DNA from: Lama guanicoe
Taxonomy: Eukaryota
Length of the DNA stretch: 64,000 nucleotides
Assembly: GCA_013239625.1 (NCBI GenBank)
Contig: MU056000.1
Location: forward strand, 9,110,970-9,174,969
Reading direction: 5' to 3'
Part shown: piece after piece, positions 1 to 13,844 of the stretch
Numbering within the stretch: position 1 is the stretch's first letter
How the letters are laid out: every line of letters begins with the position of its first letter
Position numbers and translations under genes: made by a program
The notes under the pieces: model-generated
Databases searched by the model: none
Seen by the model: only the letters and a program-made list of their open reading frames with translations
Told to the model about the DNA's origin: nothing

Positions 1-236
1 CTATAGTATTTTGCAGATGCCACAATCAAATGAAACTATTGACCAGAAGACAATACAAATATCCATTCTAAATTTCACTTTTAAGTAATTTTACTTTGTA
101 CACATTCTTAGAAAAATGTATATCACTTCCACTAGATTTTAATTAGATGAATTAAATGTCCTGAAATCAAGTCATACAACAGAGAGTTCCAAAAGGTGAA
201 ATCATCTTGGGCTGTTCTCTGAGTCCCAGCAATTCT

Positions 237-854
237 TTTCTTTTTTTAAATTGAAGTATAGTCAGTTTACAATGTTGTGTCAACTTCTGGTGTACAGCAT
301 AATATTTCAGTCATACACATACATACATATATTCATTTTCATATTATTTTTCATTGTAAGTTACTACAAGATATTGAATATAGTTGCCTGTGCTATACAG
401 CAGAAACTTGTTTATCTATTTTGTATATAGTAGTTAGTATCTGCAAATCTCAAACCCGTATTTTGTCCCTTCCCACCCCCGTTCCCCACTGGTAACCATA
501 AGTTTGTTTTCTATGTCTGTGAGTCTTTTTTTTTTTTTTTAGGTTCCACATATGAGTAATTTCATATGGTATTTTTTTTTCTCTTTCTGGCTTATTTCAC
601 TTAGAATGATGATCTCTAGATCCACCCATGTTGCTGCAAATGGCATTATTTTATTCTTTTTGAAGCTTGAGTAGTATTCCATTGTATCAATATCTCACAA
701 CTTCTTTATACAGTCCTCTGTCATTGGACATTTAGGTTGTTTCCATGTCTTGGCTATTGTAAATAGTGCTGCTGTGAACATTGGGGTACATGTAGTTTTT
801 TGAATTAGAGTTCTGTCTAGATATGTGCCCAGGCGTGGTGTTGCTGGATCATAT
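237..854 (-). mobile_element. 5'-truncated young LINE-1 (3' UTR plus ORF2 C-terminus), camelid-type
   Basis: Minus ORF 695-886 reads YDPATPRLGTY...CTPMFTAALFTIAKTWKQPKCP, the L1 ORF2p C-terminus. T-rich tail at ~237-247 on the + strand. Candidate TSD ccagcaattct (226-236) / ccaaaaattct (855-865), 9/11 match. Confidence 0.92.
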
Positions 855-3299
855 CCAAAAATTCTGTCTTCATTCTTGATGAGCAATCAATCACATGGCC
901 ACGTGGGATCAAGTTATCACCATGCAGAGAAACAGACAACCATTATATACAATCCAAGGAAACTAGTTCACGTTTTTAAAGGTGAATGTAGCACAGATAC
1001 AAATGTATATTCTAACTTCACCTGAAAAATAAGGATTTTACTTGAGCACTCTGATAAAATAGTGTAGTTGCATTTGCAGCAGGAGAAAACACATTTCCTA
1101 CCCAGGAGAGATCACAATCTAACCTTTAAAAAGGTGGGGGAAAATAGTGGTATCTTTCTCACACTTAGAAAGAAACAACAAATACATGACAGTAACCAGG
1201 TCTGCATTCAATTTGTCAAACTGGGCAACCATGGCAACCACTCTTGATGACGAAGTTCAGGGAGGAGGGAGAGCAGAATACAGGTCCTTGACTGGGGACC
1301 AAATTTAGTTTTGTCCAACTCTTTAGGTCTAGAGAAGGTGGAAATAATCTGACATTCCTCTCCTCCCACCAATTTCTACAAGCGGACTCCAGTGCTACAC
1401 GGAGAATTCATTCAGTCTCCTACAGGGATCACTCAGCTCTCACAGAAAAGGACTTGGTCGTAAATTAGACACGAGCTCAAAATGACTCCACCCCTGTGAA
1501 CCAGCAAGACATTAGAGCCAGGAGACAATTTCTCACTCAGTTGGAAGTCCCTTATAAAAGGTTATGGATTAAACCTAATGGGAAAGAGAAAACACAAGTC
1601 TGATAAATGATGCTCTTCAGAGGGCTACATTAACCCAGGCGCTGCTGGCAGGAGTCTCAGAGTCACCTCCTTTGACCCAGGCAACGTGTTACCCATTGTG
1701 GGAGAATATGCCAAGGAGGTGATGGAAACAGAGATGTTGCCTGAACAAGAGAAATGAGGCCCCATATAGCATCACACAGAGGTAAGACACAGTGTTTACA
1801 TACAGCGTTTCAAAAGCAATTGATGATGTCTTGTGGTTTATGCCGCTTCTTACAGCTTCAGTTTCCTGAAGAGTCAACCCAGAAATGACCATATTTGAGA
1901 TGAATGTTTTCTTCGCAAAATATGCTAAATTCAGTGATCTACCCCTTTGAGAAAACACGGATTACCACCCTGCCACAGACAGGCTTCAAAGGTCAAGTGT
2001 TCTGAGATGGGAAATGGCAATGTAAACGGACTGTCCATCCCATACGCAGGGGGCATATGTGTGCTGTAGGTGGCGAATTCACCTGCTTAGTCCTGACTGG
2101 GAGAAAGTTTCATTCCAAAATTTTCACACCACTCATGTATTTAAGTTTGAAAACCATTCTGAAACAGATGGGTAATCAAAAACCATAAAAAAGAAAATCA
2201 CTTGGAAATTTAAATTCAGATCATCAGAAATGTGGGCTCATAAGACTATAGTCCACATAGAAGTGAAATGTAGTATTATGCTGTGATAAAGGAGAAGAGT
2301 GCGAAGATGCAAAATTATTTCATTTATCAAATAAATATAATTTTTGAAATTGTATGCTAAATGAAAGGAAAACAAGACAGTAAAAGAAAAAAGAATAAAG
2401 GAGAAAACAATGAATGTGAAGCAGCAGGATGCTTCTGCCTTCATTGCTGCAAACCGTTATATTCTGTCTCAAACTACATTATAATGGGATTATCAATTTA
2501 ACAAAACTGGTAACTTACCCCCAGTAAACTGAAGTACTGAATTGCTTATCAAACATTTGAACATTATAGTTATAATGCATATGAGAATGTTCAATTTTAT
2601 CCAGTAACTTTGTTTTATATTTAAGTAGTGTTGATTATTTGATACTGATATTGTTAATATCTGGAGTAGGGGATCTTGCAAACTTAAAACCTTGTTTCTG
2701 GAATTGCAAGCATATTTTTTGGGGGAAAAAAACAAAACTGCTGTATATTTAATATTTTATATTTAATTGAAAGCTTCCTTTAAGTAGATTTCCTAGAAAT
2801 AAAAGACATAGGACACTTCAGTCCTGCCTGTAAACTAGTCATCTGGTTTCCCCAAGTTTCATGACATTTGCACACTAAAATGTAGGTGAAATATTTAAAA
2901 AGCTTTCTACAATTTACAGAATAAGCTTACAGGAGCAGATTTTTATTAATGGAGGGTATGTTCTTTTGCAGTATAAATTCATAGATAGTGGAATTAAATT
3001 TTTTTAAAGTTTTCTATTGATTGCAGTTGATGCTTTGCTGTGTCACTACTTAATATTATAAATCCTAATCCTTCTGATGGGTATTTCCTTGTGGAAGCTG
3101 TGTTACACTCCTAATCCATTTAGTTGGAAGAACTCTCCACACAACTAACATTTTTTACTTTTAAGTATGGGTGAATCAGAATTTTTCCACAATTTGCCAC
3201 CTCTATGTTTAAATATTTTAGGTTGTATTACATTTTATACTGCATATTTGATACCTTCCCTAAAGTATATTTTTTGATAAGTGTGACAATTATTTAAAT

Positions 3300-3790
3300 A
3301 TATTTTATTCTGAAATGTTACCCAAATACAAAAATGCTCAGAAAATAAGAGGGTGCAGGTCAGACGATTATTACAAACTGAAAATGAACGGAACCATCAA
3401 CAAAGGAAAGAATTAAAAAATTGTCTGAAAGTTCAATGAGACTTATGGCATTTAGCTATCTTCTTTTCACTGAATTTTAAGATAATCATTCACTGTATTA
3501 TTTTCCACTTATTTATTCGTATTACCACCTAAGTATGCATCTCTTAAGGTCCCTAAACCCTATGGTTTGATTTTGCTAGTTCAAGAAATCTATAATTAGT
3601 AGAATCATATGAAAAGTATATTTTTGTTTCTGGTTTCTTTTCCTACATGTCATGTTTCTGAGGCTTTGCTTTGTTTATTTTCATTCCTGTGTAACAGTAC
3701 ATGGTAGAAATAAACAAAATTTTAATCGTACATAGACTGGCATTTGGGTTTACATTAGATTATAAGTAATGTGCTATTAACATATTACAA
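3300..3790 (-). mobile_element. Old L1ME-like 3' end fragment
   Basis: Degenerate motifs typical of an antisense L1ME 3' UTR, e.g. 'gtagaatcatatg...tttgtttctggtttcttt...catgtttctgag'. Confidence 0.5.
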
Positions 3791-3799
3791 TATTATTCT

Positions 3800-4740
3800 G
3801 AAAATCTTGAATAAGTTAGTATCAAATTAACTCAAGTACTATTTAAATAGTACATGGATCAAGAGCAAGTGACATTTTTCTATGTATGTAAATGTGATTC
3901 AAAATTAGGAGATCTCATCATCTAATTTGCAGTCTTTATTAACTCTAAATAGAAAAAGATACTTGATGATCTCAATACATTTTAAACTGGCATTAATAAA
4001 AATCAACACACAATCCCAATTAAAACAAAAAATAAATTCTTAGTAAACCAGAAAATAGATGATACTCTGTTATTAATATACTTGAAAGTCTGGCCTATTT
4101 AGTGATAAAATCAAAGAAATGTTCACAATACAGAAGTGACTGAAATGCTGTTATTACAAAATTATTATTTTTTATGGATGAATTAACCAATCCACTTAAA
4201 GAGGCAGACATAATGAATAGTATGCAAATTGGCAAGAAGGAAGCAATACCAATTATGATTATTCACCATTAGTGATTTATCTATAAGAAATCCAAGAAAA
4301 TCCACAAATGAGTTTAGAAAAATAATAGGAAATAGATAGTAATATCTTCAGAAAGCTCTCAGACTTTGTTAGATTCAAATACTCTTCCTTATTATAACAT
4401 TCATAAACAATTAAAATAATTATTCAAAGTAGCATTTTAAAACCAAAGCTACAAAGCAATTTGTAAAATTTATATATTGCTTATATATTTAAATGTCATA
4501 AAAAATCTATTTAGCAACATAAAAAAGACTACATGAAGTTGACATACATAAAATTTTTTGTGTTCAAAAGGAATCTGATATTTAAAGTTGGGGGTTATAT
4601 TGAAATTGATTTATGAAGTCAATAAAATGGTGATTATACAGCTAGCAGAATTTATTTTTAAAACTTTAAAAGATTACCTAAACGAAAAAAATATATATGA
4701 GAGTAGAGCACCAACATTTTTGATAAAAGAAAGTGAAAAT
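3800..4740 (+). mobile_element. Highly decayed L1 ORF2 (reverse transcriptase region) remnant
   Basis: A-rich tract with remnants of the HHDQVGFIPGMQ / MIISIDAEKAFDKIQH coding DNA ('gagcaagtgacatttttctatgtatgtaaa', 'tgatgatctcaatacat...taataaaaatcaacac'). No open frame. Confidence 0.55.
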
Positions 4741-6092
4741 ATATCTTTGCACAAAGCCTCTTAATTCACCCATTTTTTTTCAATCTGATATTTGCATTTA
4801 GAAGTTTAATCAATTTGTCATTGATTTTCTATGACGTGAGATGAGGAAATCAAGCAATCTGACCATGAAGAGGCTGTTCAGTGATCTTAGTGACATTTGC
4901 TTAACTGTTCCCTCTCTATCGGTTTTGGACGCCTCCAATAAAATTTCACTTTATAACTAAAATTTCGTATAAACACTTTTATTTTAACTTTGTGATATCT
5001 AACAGCACTCACAACTTTATAATATTACAAAGCTATTTTAACAGGTTCCATGGGTGTATGAGTGTCTAAATAGTTAGGATAAACTGCAAAATGTACAGAG
5101 CACTGTGTGTTGCCTTCCTACAGAGGAATGCCAAGATCGGAAGAGAGAGTGTTAAAGCATTATCCTGGGTGTGGAATCAAAGTGAAAAAAGTTTTTAAAA
5201 ATTTATTTATTCACTTTTTTGCTTTAGATTGTCTTAGCAGCTGGCACCATTCTCCTCCCCCCACCCTACCTCCCCTCTTCCTCCTCCATAGATTGCTTTT
5301 ATGCAGGGGCGAATCATGCTTTTTTTGTTTGTTCTCCCCATTGCAGTTGTACCTCCATTTCAGACTTTATATATTCATATTTTTCCCCTTCCAATTATGT
5401 CACGGAATCATGTCATGGAATTATTTTTTTTAATGCTTAAAGTGGATGGTAAAAAACAAACAAACAAAAACAAAAAAGAAAGCAAGACAGAGAACTTCAA
5501 TATATACACAGAAGATAAAATGGCTAAAACTGACACAAAAGAGGGAAAAAGAGACATTTAAATTTGTAGGTAGATTTTTTTTTATTGCCATGAATCAGAT
5601 AAAATGATTTGCTCCTTTCTGTCTGACCAGATGAGTAACTGACTAGCACATAGTGTCTCACAACTTCCCTCCAAGTACACAGCCCTGGAGATGCTATAAT
5701 TACACAAAGATGAGAAACAACTGTCAATAATAAAAGCGTCTGTGGCTTTCTTTAGGGTGCAGAGGCTAGCACGAAGGGCTGTGGTGTGAGGACAGCAGTG
5801 GGCAGGTGGTGAGGGCAGACAGGAAAATATAGAAAAACCTTTGATCTGTGCTCCTTTCTTCATGTTCTGAGCCAACCTGCTTTCTCATACTTTCTATTAT
5901 TGAAAAAAATAAAATGAAGACTAGCTTGGCTCTCTTGTGAGCTAAAATTTCCCTTGGTAGTATCAGCTAAATTAGCAGGTGAAATACACAGGAAGAAAAG
6001 AGCAAACTTCAGCCCTAACTTGTGCTGCTGTGGGTTAGTGTGGACAGGTGAGAGGTCCTCCTAGAAAAAGACCTCCCAACTCAACCGCATCA

Positions 6093-6383
6093 TGATGGTT
6101 AATATCATGTGTTAACTTGTGGGGCACAGTGCCCAGGTTTTGGTCAAACACTAGTCTGGATATTGCTCTGGAGGTATTTTTTTAGATGTGATAAACGTTT
6201 ATATCAGTCAACTGTGAGTAAAGCCCATTACTCCCCATAATGTGAGTGGACTTCTAATCAGTTGAAAGCCTTCAAGGAAAAAAAATGAGGTCCCCCAAGG
6301 GAGAAGGAAATCTGCCTCCAGGCGACCTTGGGACGCAAGCTGCAACATCAGGTCTTCCCTGGGCCTCCAAAGTGCCAGCCTAC
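6093..6383 (+). mobile_element. MLT2 (ERV-L) LTR fragment, MLT2B/D-like
   Basis: Begins 'tgatggttaatatcatgtgttaactt...gtgcccagg..ttggtcaaacactagtctgga', matching the recalled MLT2 5' end. Confidence 0.8.
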
Positions 6384-7480
6384 GGATGATAGACCTCTCC
6401 TCTTGTAAAAACCCTGCCTTACTTCTTTGCTAATACTTGTCCCAGGAGTGATGAATCAAAATTTCATTTTTTTGTTGAGGTAGATGTACCAAGAGGAAGC
6501 GAGGAAGAGAGGATGCTGCCAGTTGGGAAGTTTGGAATAAAACAGCAGTAATGTGTGCATTTCAGTGTATTTTGAATCTAGAGACAGTGCTTATGAACAT
6601 TTTGTGCTAATTCCATTTTATGTTTCCACTGTAGATCCATAGGAAAATTTATTTCTTCCAGTTAACTGGAAATTATTCCACCAAGTACATCTGTCAATGT
6701 CCATCGCAACAACAGAAATAAATGTTTCATTCCAAAAATTCTTGGATAATTAATTGGCTATGGTTTGATAGCCTTTCATTCAGATGTCTGCAAGTAAAAG
6801 TACTAAATTCATACTCTCTATATAGAAGCTGAGACTAAGTCTTTTCCCTAAAAAATTATAAAAATTAAATAGGAAGTTGTTAGAGAAATATTGGATCATA
6901 GCATAGCAACATAATTGCATAGCATCATAAACTATTTATATACAATAAAAAGCAATGGATTGTATATTAAAATGCCCATATTTTAAAACTTAATATGAAT
7001 GTAGCACAATGCATCCTTTTGATGCAATAACATGAAGTTCCTTATTGAAATAAAACCAGACCACTATATATTTACTAAATCATATTTTACACTTAAACAC
7101 AGTAATTCTTATGCAATGACTACTGATACATACTTTATTTTTTTAGACTGTCTTAGTTAACTGTTTCCAATTCTTTGTGGCAGAGAAAGACTGTAGATAC
7201 TTGTTAAAACAAAAATTTTAATACATTGCTAATTAGATGTATACATATTTACATATCAATTTATAATTTTATTACTCTTTAACATATGAATGAATTAGCT
7301 AGCAACTCACTGTATATTTTTCAAAAAGAAAAAGAAATATAATTTTGGCAATTTAAAAAAATGGTCAATTATAAAAGTGTTTTTCATACTCATAAAAGTG
7401 TAGACTGGTAAATCATTTAAAATTCCTTCTTGGTGGGATTCTCAAAAGGGAACTGAGTCCACATTCTCTATATTTTTAGA

Positions 7481-7512
7481 GCCCTACAATACCCTATGCC
7501 CTACAATACCCT
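7481..7512 (+). repeat. Short tandem duplication, gccctacaataccct x2
   Basis: Directly visible: gccctacaataccct-at-gccctacaataccct. Confidence 0.85.
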
Positions 7513-8204
7513 TAAATTTTTATCACTTCAGGCTTCAATATTCACCAATGGATTGAAATAAGATTCTTTCTGAAATAAGGTTGTGACTCATGATTCTGAG
7601 ATCTAACTGCATGGACCACGAATATTCCATGAATATAGATGAGAAAGAAATGCTGAGTTAAGCAGGACGTCTACAAACAGCCTTTTACTTTGAAGAAACT
7701 GTTTAACATACAACTGTGGCTGAAAATAATGAAGCTTTTTTTGTAGAAATTTATTATATTAGTATTAGTTATTATAATTGATATTTCTCAGTATTAGTTG
7801 GTGAGAAGCTTTGAAAATGTGGGTTAATAAATTTAAGAGCTGTTGACATGATATTACTTATATCATTCTTGTATAAAAGAACTATATGCCAAGAAGTTAG
7901 GGAAAAGTATTTTCTTGACACCTTAGATAACACAAATGAAATAATATTCTACAAACACTGTTATCATTTCAGCAATAATGTTCATATCACATCAAGCACC
8001 TACATTCAGACTATGCAGGAATTAAATATAGGATCTGTGGTCCCATATTAAGGATATTTGAACAATCATACAAGACTGTGCTGCCTCACACAAAATCAAT
8101 ATAAATTTGACTTTTTTTTAGCAAGATTGGTGATCTCAATGGGAAGATACTCCACAAAGCCTCTGCAGGTACAAAAATAACATGAAGATAATGTATACGT
8201 ACTC

Positions 8205-8580
8205 TTTTGAGGGTTGACTCCCTCAAGAAGCAAACTCTAAGACAGACATATGTGCAGAGTGTTTACTAGAGCCTTCTCTCAGGATCAGCACTTGTGAACG
8301 GGGACCACATTGGGCAGGGTGAGATGCTGGTCTCAATACAGTCCCTGCAGAGACCTCAGCCAGCCTCTAGTGAGCTCCGAAGATGAAATAACCCTTTATC
8401 ATTTCCCATGGTGGGGCTAGGATACTGGGATTTGTACCAGAGATGACTGGTAACTGGTTGCAGGATGCCCTGAGAAAAGACTTGACTTTGGAGGAGGAAC
8501 AAGCTTCAGACAATTCCCCAAGGGTTTGAAAACCAGAACTGTCACCTGCCACCTTTCTAGGAGCTGCGATTAACAAGAGA
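8205..8580 (-). mobile_element. LTR16-like ERV-L solo LTR
   Basis: 'gaagcaaactctaagacag...tgtgcagagtgtttact...ttgggcagggtgagatgctgg...gagacctcagccagcctctagtgagctc' follows the recalled antisense LTR16A consensus. Confidence 0.6.
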
Positions 8581-9919
8581 CGCAGTGCAACTTCAATCAT
8601 CAGCTCTAAGAGATTACGTTTATACAGTTTTATAGTCCAGGATGTACAATTTTCTAGTAGTATGACTTGAACTAAGAAACTCCATCTTCACGAAAATTAA
8701 AGTTAATAAGGGTTGGCTTATATGTTAGTTGAAAGCAAAAATTGAAAAAAACTAACTTTAAATAGATTATTTTATTCCATATATTTATAGCCTATACAGA
8801 TGTGTGTAAATTTTAGTTCTAATTTGCAAAATACTGAATGACTCTTTAAAACTTCAGTTTTGCTACTACCAAATAAAGTAAGTATGGCACAAAGTGAAAC
8901 CCGAATGATTTCAACCTCTGTAAGCTGAATGGCAAATATGCCAAATACTTTAATTATATATATCTTAGAATTTCAATGTATTTGTTGTTTCATTTAAAGT
9001 TGTCAAAAATTAGCATCACTTGATTGATATCCATGCTTGCCATAACTGTACAATTATATGTGTTTTTTGTATGCTAATGATCATTTGATATTTATGGCAA
9101 AAATCCACAGGGACTTAGGACAAATCAATAATTGAAAAAGTGTTTATGATGAAATTTCAGTGTGCACAATATTATGTGAAATTCTTCTAAATCACACAAT
9201 ATAATATATAATATCTTTCTATCTTTTAAATAAATTATAACTTAACTGGAAATATGAGACACAAACAAGGAATTAACAATTAGGAATACTCTTAATGTTG
9301 TACCGAAGGGAAAATACTTCATTATATCACCTGGAACTTCAGCTTATAATTTAGCACATGAGTTGTAAAAAGACAAATCATAATTCTTTGAAAGAGAAAT
9401 AATTTAAGAGCAGTTATAAACATTCATTTTATAACTGCATATTATATTAAAATAAAGACCAATTGGAAGATTTCATTTTTCTAACTATGCAATCTGATCC
9501 TTATTTCAATTCATTTAGAGTCTATTTAGAGTTATGTTACAGAAAGTAACATGAGTAATACGGGTGCTTTTTAGTATTTTTATTTCTTCTTGGACATTTT
9601 CTTTTGAAATTATTTAAAATTTGCTCATCAAACTTTATAAAATGCCATAATGTATTTAATTGGAACTATAATAAATTAATTTTGGAGAATTGACTATTTT
9701 TAATAATCTTACTGAGAAAATAAAATATTTCCTCAAATTATTTATGTATTTTTGCTATGCTCTTTATTTGACTTTCCTGTTGTTGTTTTCTTCTATTCCT
9801 GACTATTTTCTGGCCATCAATTATCCCTGTGCTGATTCTTCTAAAAATGCTAGAAAGTTGTAAGAAATTCATTTCTCACTTATGAGCTAATGGTGTGTCA
9901 TGTACCAATATGAAGGAAT

Positions 9920-10175
9920 CACTAGCATGAGAAAATGTAAGCCAAAAATTGGTAGGATTAGCTCAGTCCATATATAAAGACAACCTAGCAGAAAATGACA
10001 AAAATGCATAACAGGAGAGGTCCAAGTGACATCTTGCTAACACTGAGGATTTGGATCTAGCTCAGAGCAAAACATACCCCTGAATCTCTCAGGTATTACT
10101 TCATAAAACCTTTTTTTTGCCTTAAAATACTTTGAGCTATATTTAGTTATTTGCTACCTAAATAAGCTAACCAGT
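9920..10175 (+). mobile_element. Old MaLR LTR 3' part (MLT1J/K-like)
   Basis: 'ttggatctagctc...tacccctgaatctctcagg...ttttgccttaaaatactttgagc...ttatttgctacc' resembles the MLT1 3' terminus. Confidence 0.5.
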
Positions 10176-11313
10176 AGTGTCATACTTTGTTACTCTTTCT
10201 GTTTCCTATTCTATTTGTGTGCTTGATTGTGTTTTGACAACTTGATGGAGTCTTGAAAATCCTCGTCTTTGTGTGATTTAATCATGCATTGGCTAAAGGG
10301 AAAAGTGATATTTGGAATGAGAGAAGAGGAACCGGTTACTCTCAGAAGGATGCTGCAGTCAACCATGTGGGGAATAAATACGGGTGCGTGATGGGCTCCA
10401 AGCTTCCTGTCATGCAATTCCCATCCAGCTCCACTTTTCTACTATTGATACTGGAGATCAACAGCAGCTTGAGGTCGACCATTAGGAGACTCTCTGTAGT
10501 CCCACACAGCGAGAAGTTACACCCAGAAGAGACAGCTTCCACAGCCCTCTCCACAAGGGACCTCTCTGTGGTCCCTCTTTGGTATTGATGCGCTTGGCCG
10601 AACACATGTGATAGGACTTGCAGCATGTGAGTCAAGGAAGGGAAAAGCAGAGCAGAATGTCTCTATAGACTCACTTCTACTGTCATTTACAATAGCCAGC
10701 TAAAAAATGCTTCATTTTTGGTGGCCAACATGCATAAAAACACTCAGGTCTACATGAGTTAAAGTTCACAGTGGTCAACTTGCTTACGCCTAATTATTAC
10801 AATGTATGGTAAGAAGGAGAGAAGAATTCTGTATATGTTTAATGGGAGGGAAACTTTTAGCCTAAGGACAATTCTGAAAGATTTTCTTCAGCACAAGGGG
10901 ATGATCCAAGCTTGGTTGGATCCTAGGAGCTATAGTATTTATAATGAATTACTCCTGGAAATTTCAGGTGGTATAGAAAATGTTTAGGAGTCTTCTACTT
11001 CGGCAGACTTCTTGATAATATTCTTTTCTAAATTGTAAGTTCCCAGAAATGCAGAAGTGGGATCGATTGTGAGGGAAAGAGGACTGAAATCATATGCAGA
11101 CTAGGGAAATAGCCTTCCCTCTCAGTCCAAATGAAATCTCCATGTCAGTCATTGTAAGCCAAGGACACCGATGCATCGCCCAGCCATCCGCGATCTATAG
11201 ATTTCCTCTGCAGTCTACCTGACTTACTGTCTCTGTCCCTGCACATCAGAGGAAACTCAGCTGTGATTGAGGAGATTTGGTGTGAAGCACCAGCTTCCCT
11301 GACAGAGGCATAA

Positions 11314-11330
11314 ACACACACACACACACA
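11314..11330 (+). repeat. (CA)n microsatellite
   Basis: Directly visible. Confidence 0.9.
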
Positions 11331-11991
11331 AAACAAAATCACACAAGGAAGTCTCATTCTATCCAGCCCATAGGGCACAGTCAGAAAGCAAAATTTGCAA
11401 GTGGGATTTTGGATCACTATTTTCACCTCCCTCCAGGAGAAATGAAGCCGTAGTGGAGCACTGAGTCGGAAGACGGGGTAAGTACAGCCAACAACCTGAA
11501 ATGTCACATTAAACTTCCCTTAATCTGTGTTTCTTTTCAGCCAGGACACCCAGAGCAGAAAATGAGACCACATTTCTGGAAAGAATGAGAATTAGTGATG
11601 AAGAAGACTCTCTCTCTATGAACAGCAGCAATTTTAGAAGAAGGGAGTAAGTAATTCCTTACATGCTGAGTTTATTTATGCTGCATCTGAGATGTGAAAT
11701 AAGAAAGCTTTCAACATAATTAAGGACCATTCAGCATGTGGTGCTACTACCCTCTGAGGACAGCCTAGAGAAAGTACCTGATGTTTGAATCCATTCTTCA
11801 TATTTTGCCCTACTCTGCAAGGCACACGGAGGAAGAATTTGGAGGACAGATGATGCTTTCGGGAATTGCAGATACTTCCCTAGAGTGAAAGTGAAATGGG
11901 TGGGAAGATAATTATCCAGCATATGGCCCATAAGTCTTGTTAAGGAGTAGAGGATCCCCGTTTAGCAGACTACTCTGGAAGTCCTTTAGCG

Positions 11992-12231
11992 AAGGGATTG
12001 ACAAATTTTTTTTTGTAAAAAGCCACAGAATAAATATTTCAGTCTTGTTACCTATACTGCCTCTCTTGTAACTACTTCACTCTACGTTTTTGGAATACGA
12101 GTAGTCTTGGGCTATACGTAAATGAACGGGTGTGGCTATTTTCCAATAAACAAACAAAACAAAACAAAAAAAACCAGATAAACAGGTACTGAGATGTATG
12201 TGGTCAACCAGTTGTAGTTTATCCACCCCTT
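11992..12231 (+). mobile_element. MER58A (hAT-Charlie non-autonomous DNA transposon)
   Basis: Near full-length match to the recalled consensus: 'agggattgacaaatttttt..gtaaaaagcca...aaatgaacgggtgtggctattttccaataaa...gtagtttatccacccct', with degenerate terminal inverted repeats. Confidence 0.82.
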
Positions 12232-13029
12232 GTTTCCAAATGAGGTCATAAGGGCATATGTTACAAGACTATAAAACAGAAATAAGGGGTAAATTATTAC
12301 ATACATAACATCAGAAATTTGTGGGTGTGGCAGGGAGGGGAGGAGACAGGGAGTGACAGAGGCAGCAGTATCAGGCAATGAAGCAAGCGGTTTAGACCTG
12401 TGGCAAAAGAGGGTGGAAAGGAATTTCTGCAGATCCATTGACCACAGAGTGATCTATTATCCAATTTTATGCTATTTGAACAATTGTAGTGTAAGCCCCT
12501 CTATCTCCTGAACCTTCAGTAAAATTTGCTTTATAGATCAACATGGTATAAAATACAAATTTAGTCAGGGTATATTTGTTTGCTTGCTTACATTGAGACT
12601 ATTAAGGACTAGAGATTGCTTTTCCTATGTGACTGGCATGGATCAAAGAGATAAGAATTGTATGGGCATATAGTAAAAAAGACATCCCGAGTTCTGTGGA
12701 CACTAATGGAGAGCCATTGAGGTCTTTAAGCGCTTGATAATATGCAGGAAACCTAGGGAAAATAGCAGATTGCTGGTGTGAGCTGCAACTTGGTATAAGA
12801 GAATCTTTAGTGTCATTAGACCACTGCAATACCAAAGCACATAACGATTCACTTTATAAAATGGCCACATGCTTGCTTACTAGGTCTCAATAAGTATTGT
12901 ACTGCATTCTTTGCTGGAAATTATTATCTTTTTGCACTGGCATTCTAAAATCAATATTTACTCAATCAGGTGCAAACAATGGTTGAAACTGAGTTTATTG
13001 GTGGTGTATTCTTTTTTTTATAACATTGC

Positions 13030-13142
13030 TAAGCACCCATATTGAGATTTTTATTTTAGTAGTTCTAGATGGGTCTTTGGATTGTTATTTATAAAAATCA
13101 TCTCAGAGCTCTCTCAGATGCCACCAAGTTTGGGAATCACTA
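13030..13142 (+). mobile_element. MER5-family DNA transposon fragment
   Basis: Ends with 'ccaagtttgggaatcact', typical of the MER5 terminus. Confidence 0.5.
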
Positions 13143-13844
13143 GATCAGTTTGAATGGAATTTGAATAAAAAAAGAAATGACCTACTGTTGCCAAGATAAA
13201 CATTTTTGACCTTTCAGGCTCTTATTCACAGGAAATAGGAGTCTGTTGTCTGGTTAGACTCCAAGTAGGAAGGGACCTACTTTCTGTCAAGAGTGTTTTG
13301 AACGTCATTTGCCTTACCATAGCACAAGTAGACCACCGACTGGGCCCGAGAGAATGCAGCTATTGAAAATACCAACCCATACTAGAGAGACAGAAAAAAA
13401 AAAGGAAGCAAATTTCAGGGTCATGAATTAAAAGGTTAAATTTTTCTATCATACTGGAAAGGTTTTTAGTTGAATTGAGTCAAGTACTTTTTATACTGTT
13501 ACAACTGACTGCATACATGGAGCATAGCAAAATGCCATTGGAAGAGACTTAAATGAGTTACTGCAATCCTAAAAAGACTAATTAGAGGCATGCAGACTGA
13601 ATGACACACTTTATTTTTATTGATGGAGAAGGTACCTATGGAAAGGCTCACTATGTCCACCAAGAATGGAAATTATAAAATATTGCAGAGTGAAAAGAAA
13701 CTTTTAGGGTGAAATTTATGTGATCTTCTATGTGTGATTTTCTGGAATTGAAAGGAGAAGATGGTTTACTGAAATCCTCATAGTCAGCATTCACCTAGCA
13801 TCTTAATTCCTGTAATACTGCCGTCGGTATTGGAACACAGTAAT

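Noticed and set aside
695..886. 63-aa ORF with recognisable protein similarity
   Set aside because: It is the C-terminal fragment of L1 ORF2p in a truncated insertion, not a host gene.
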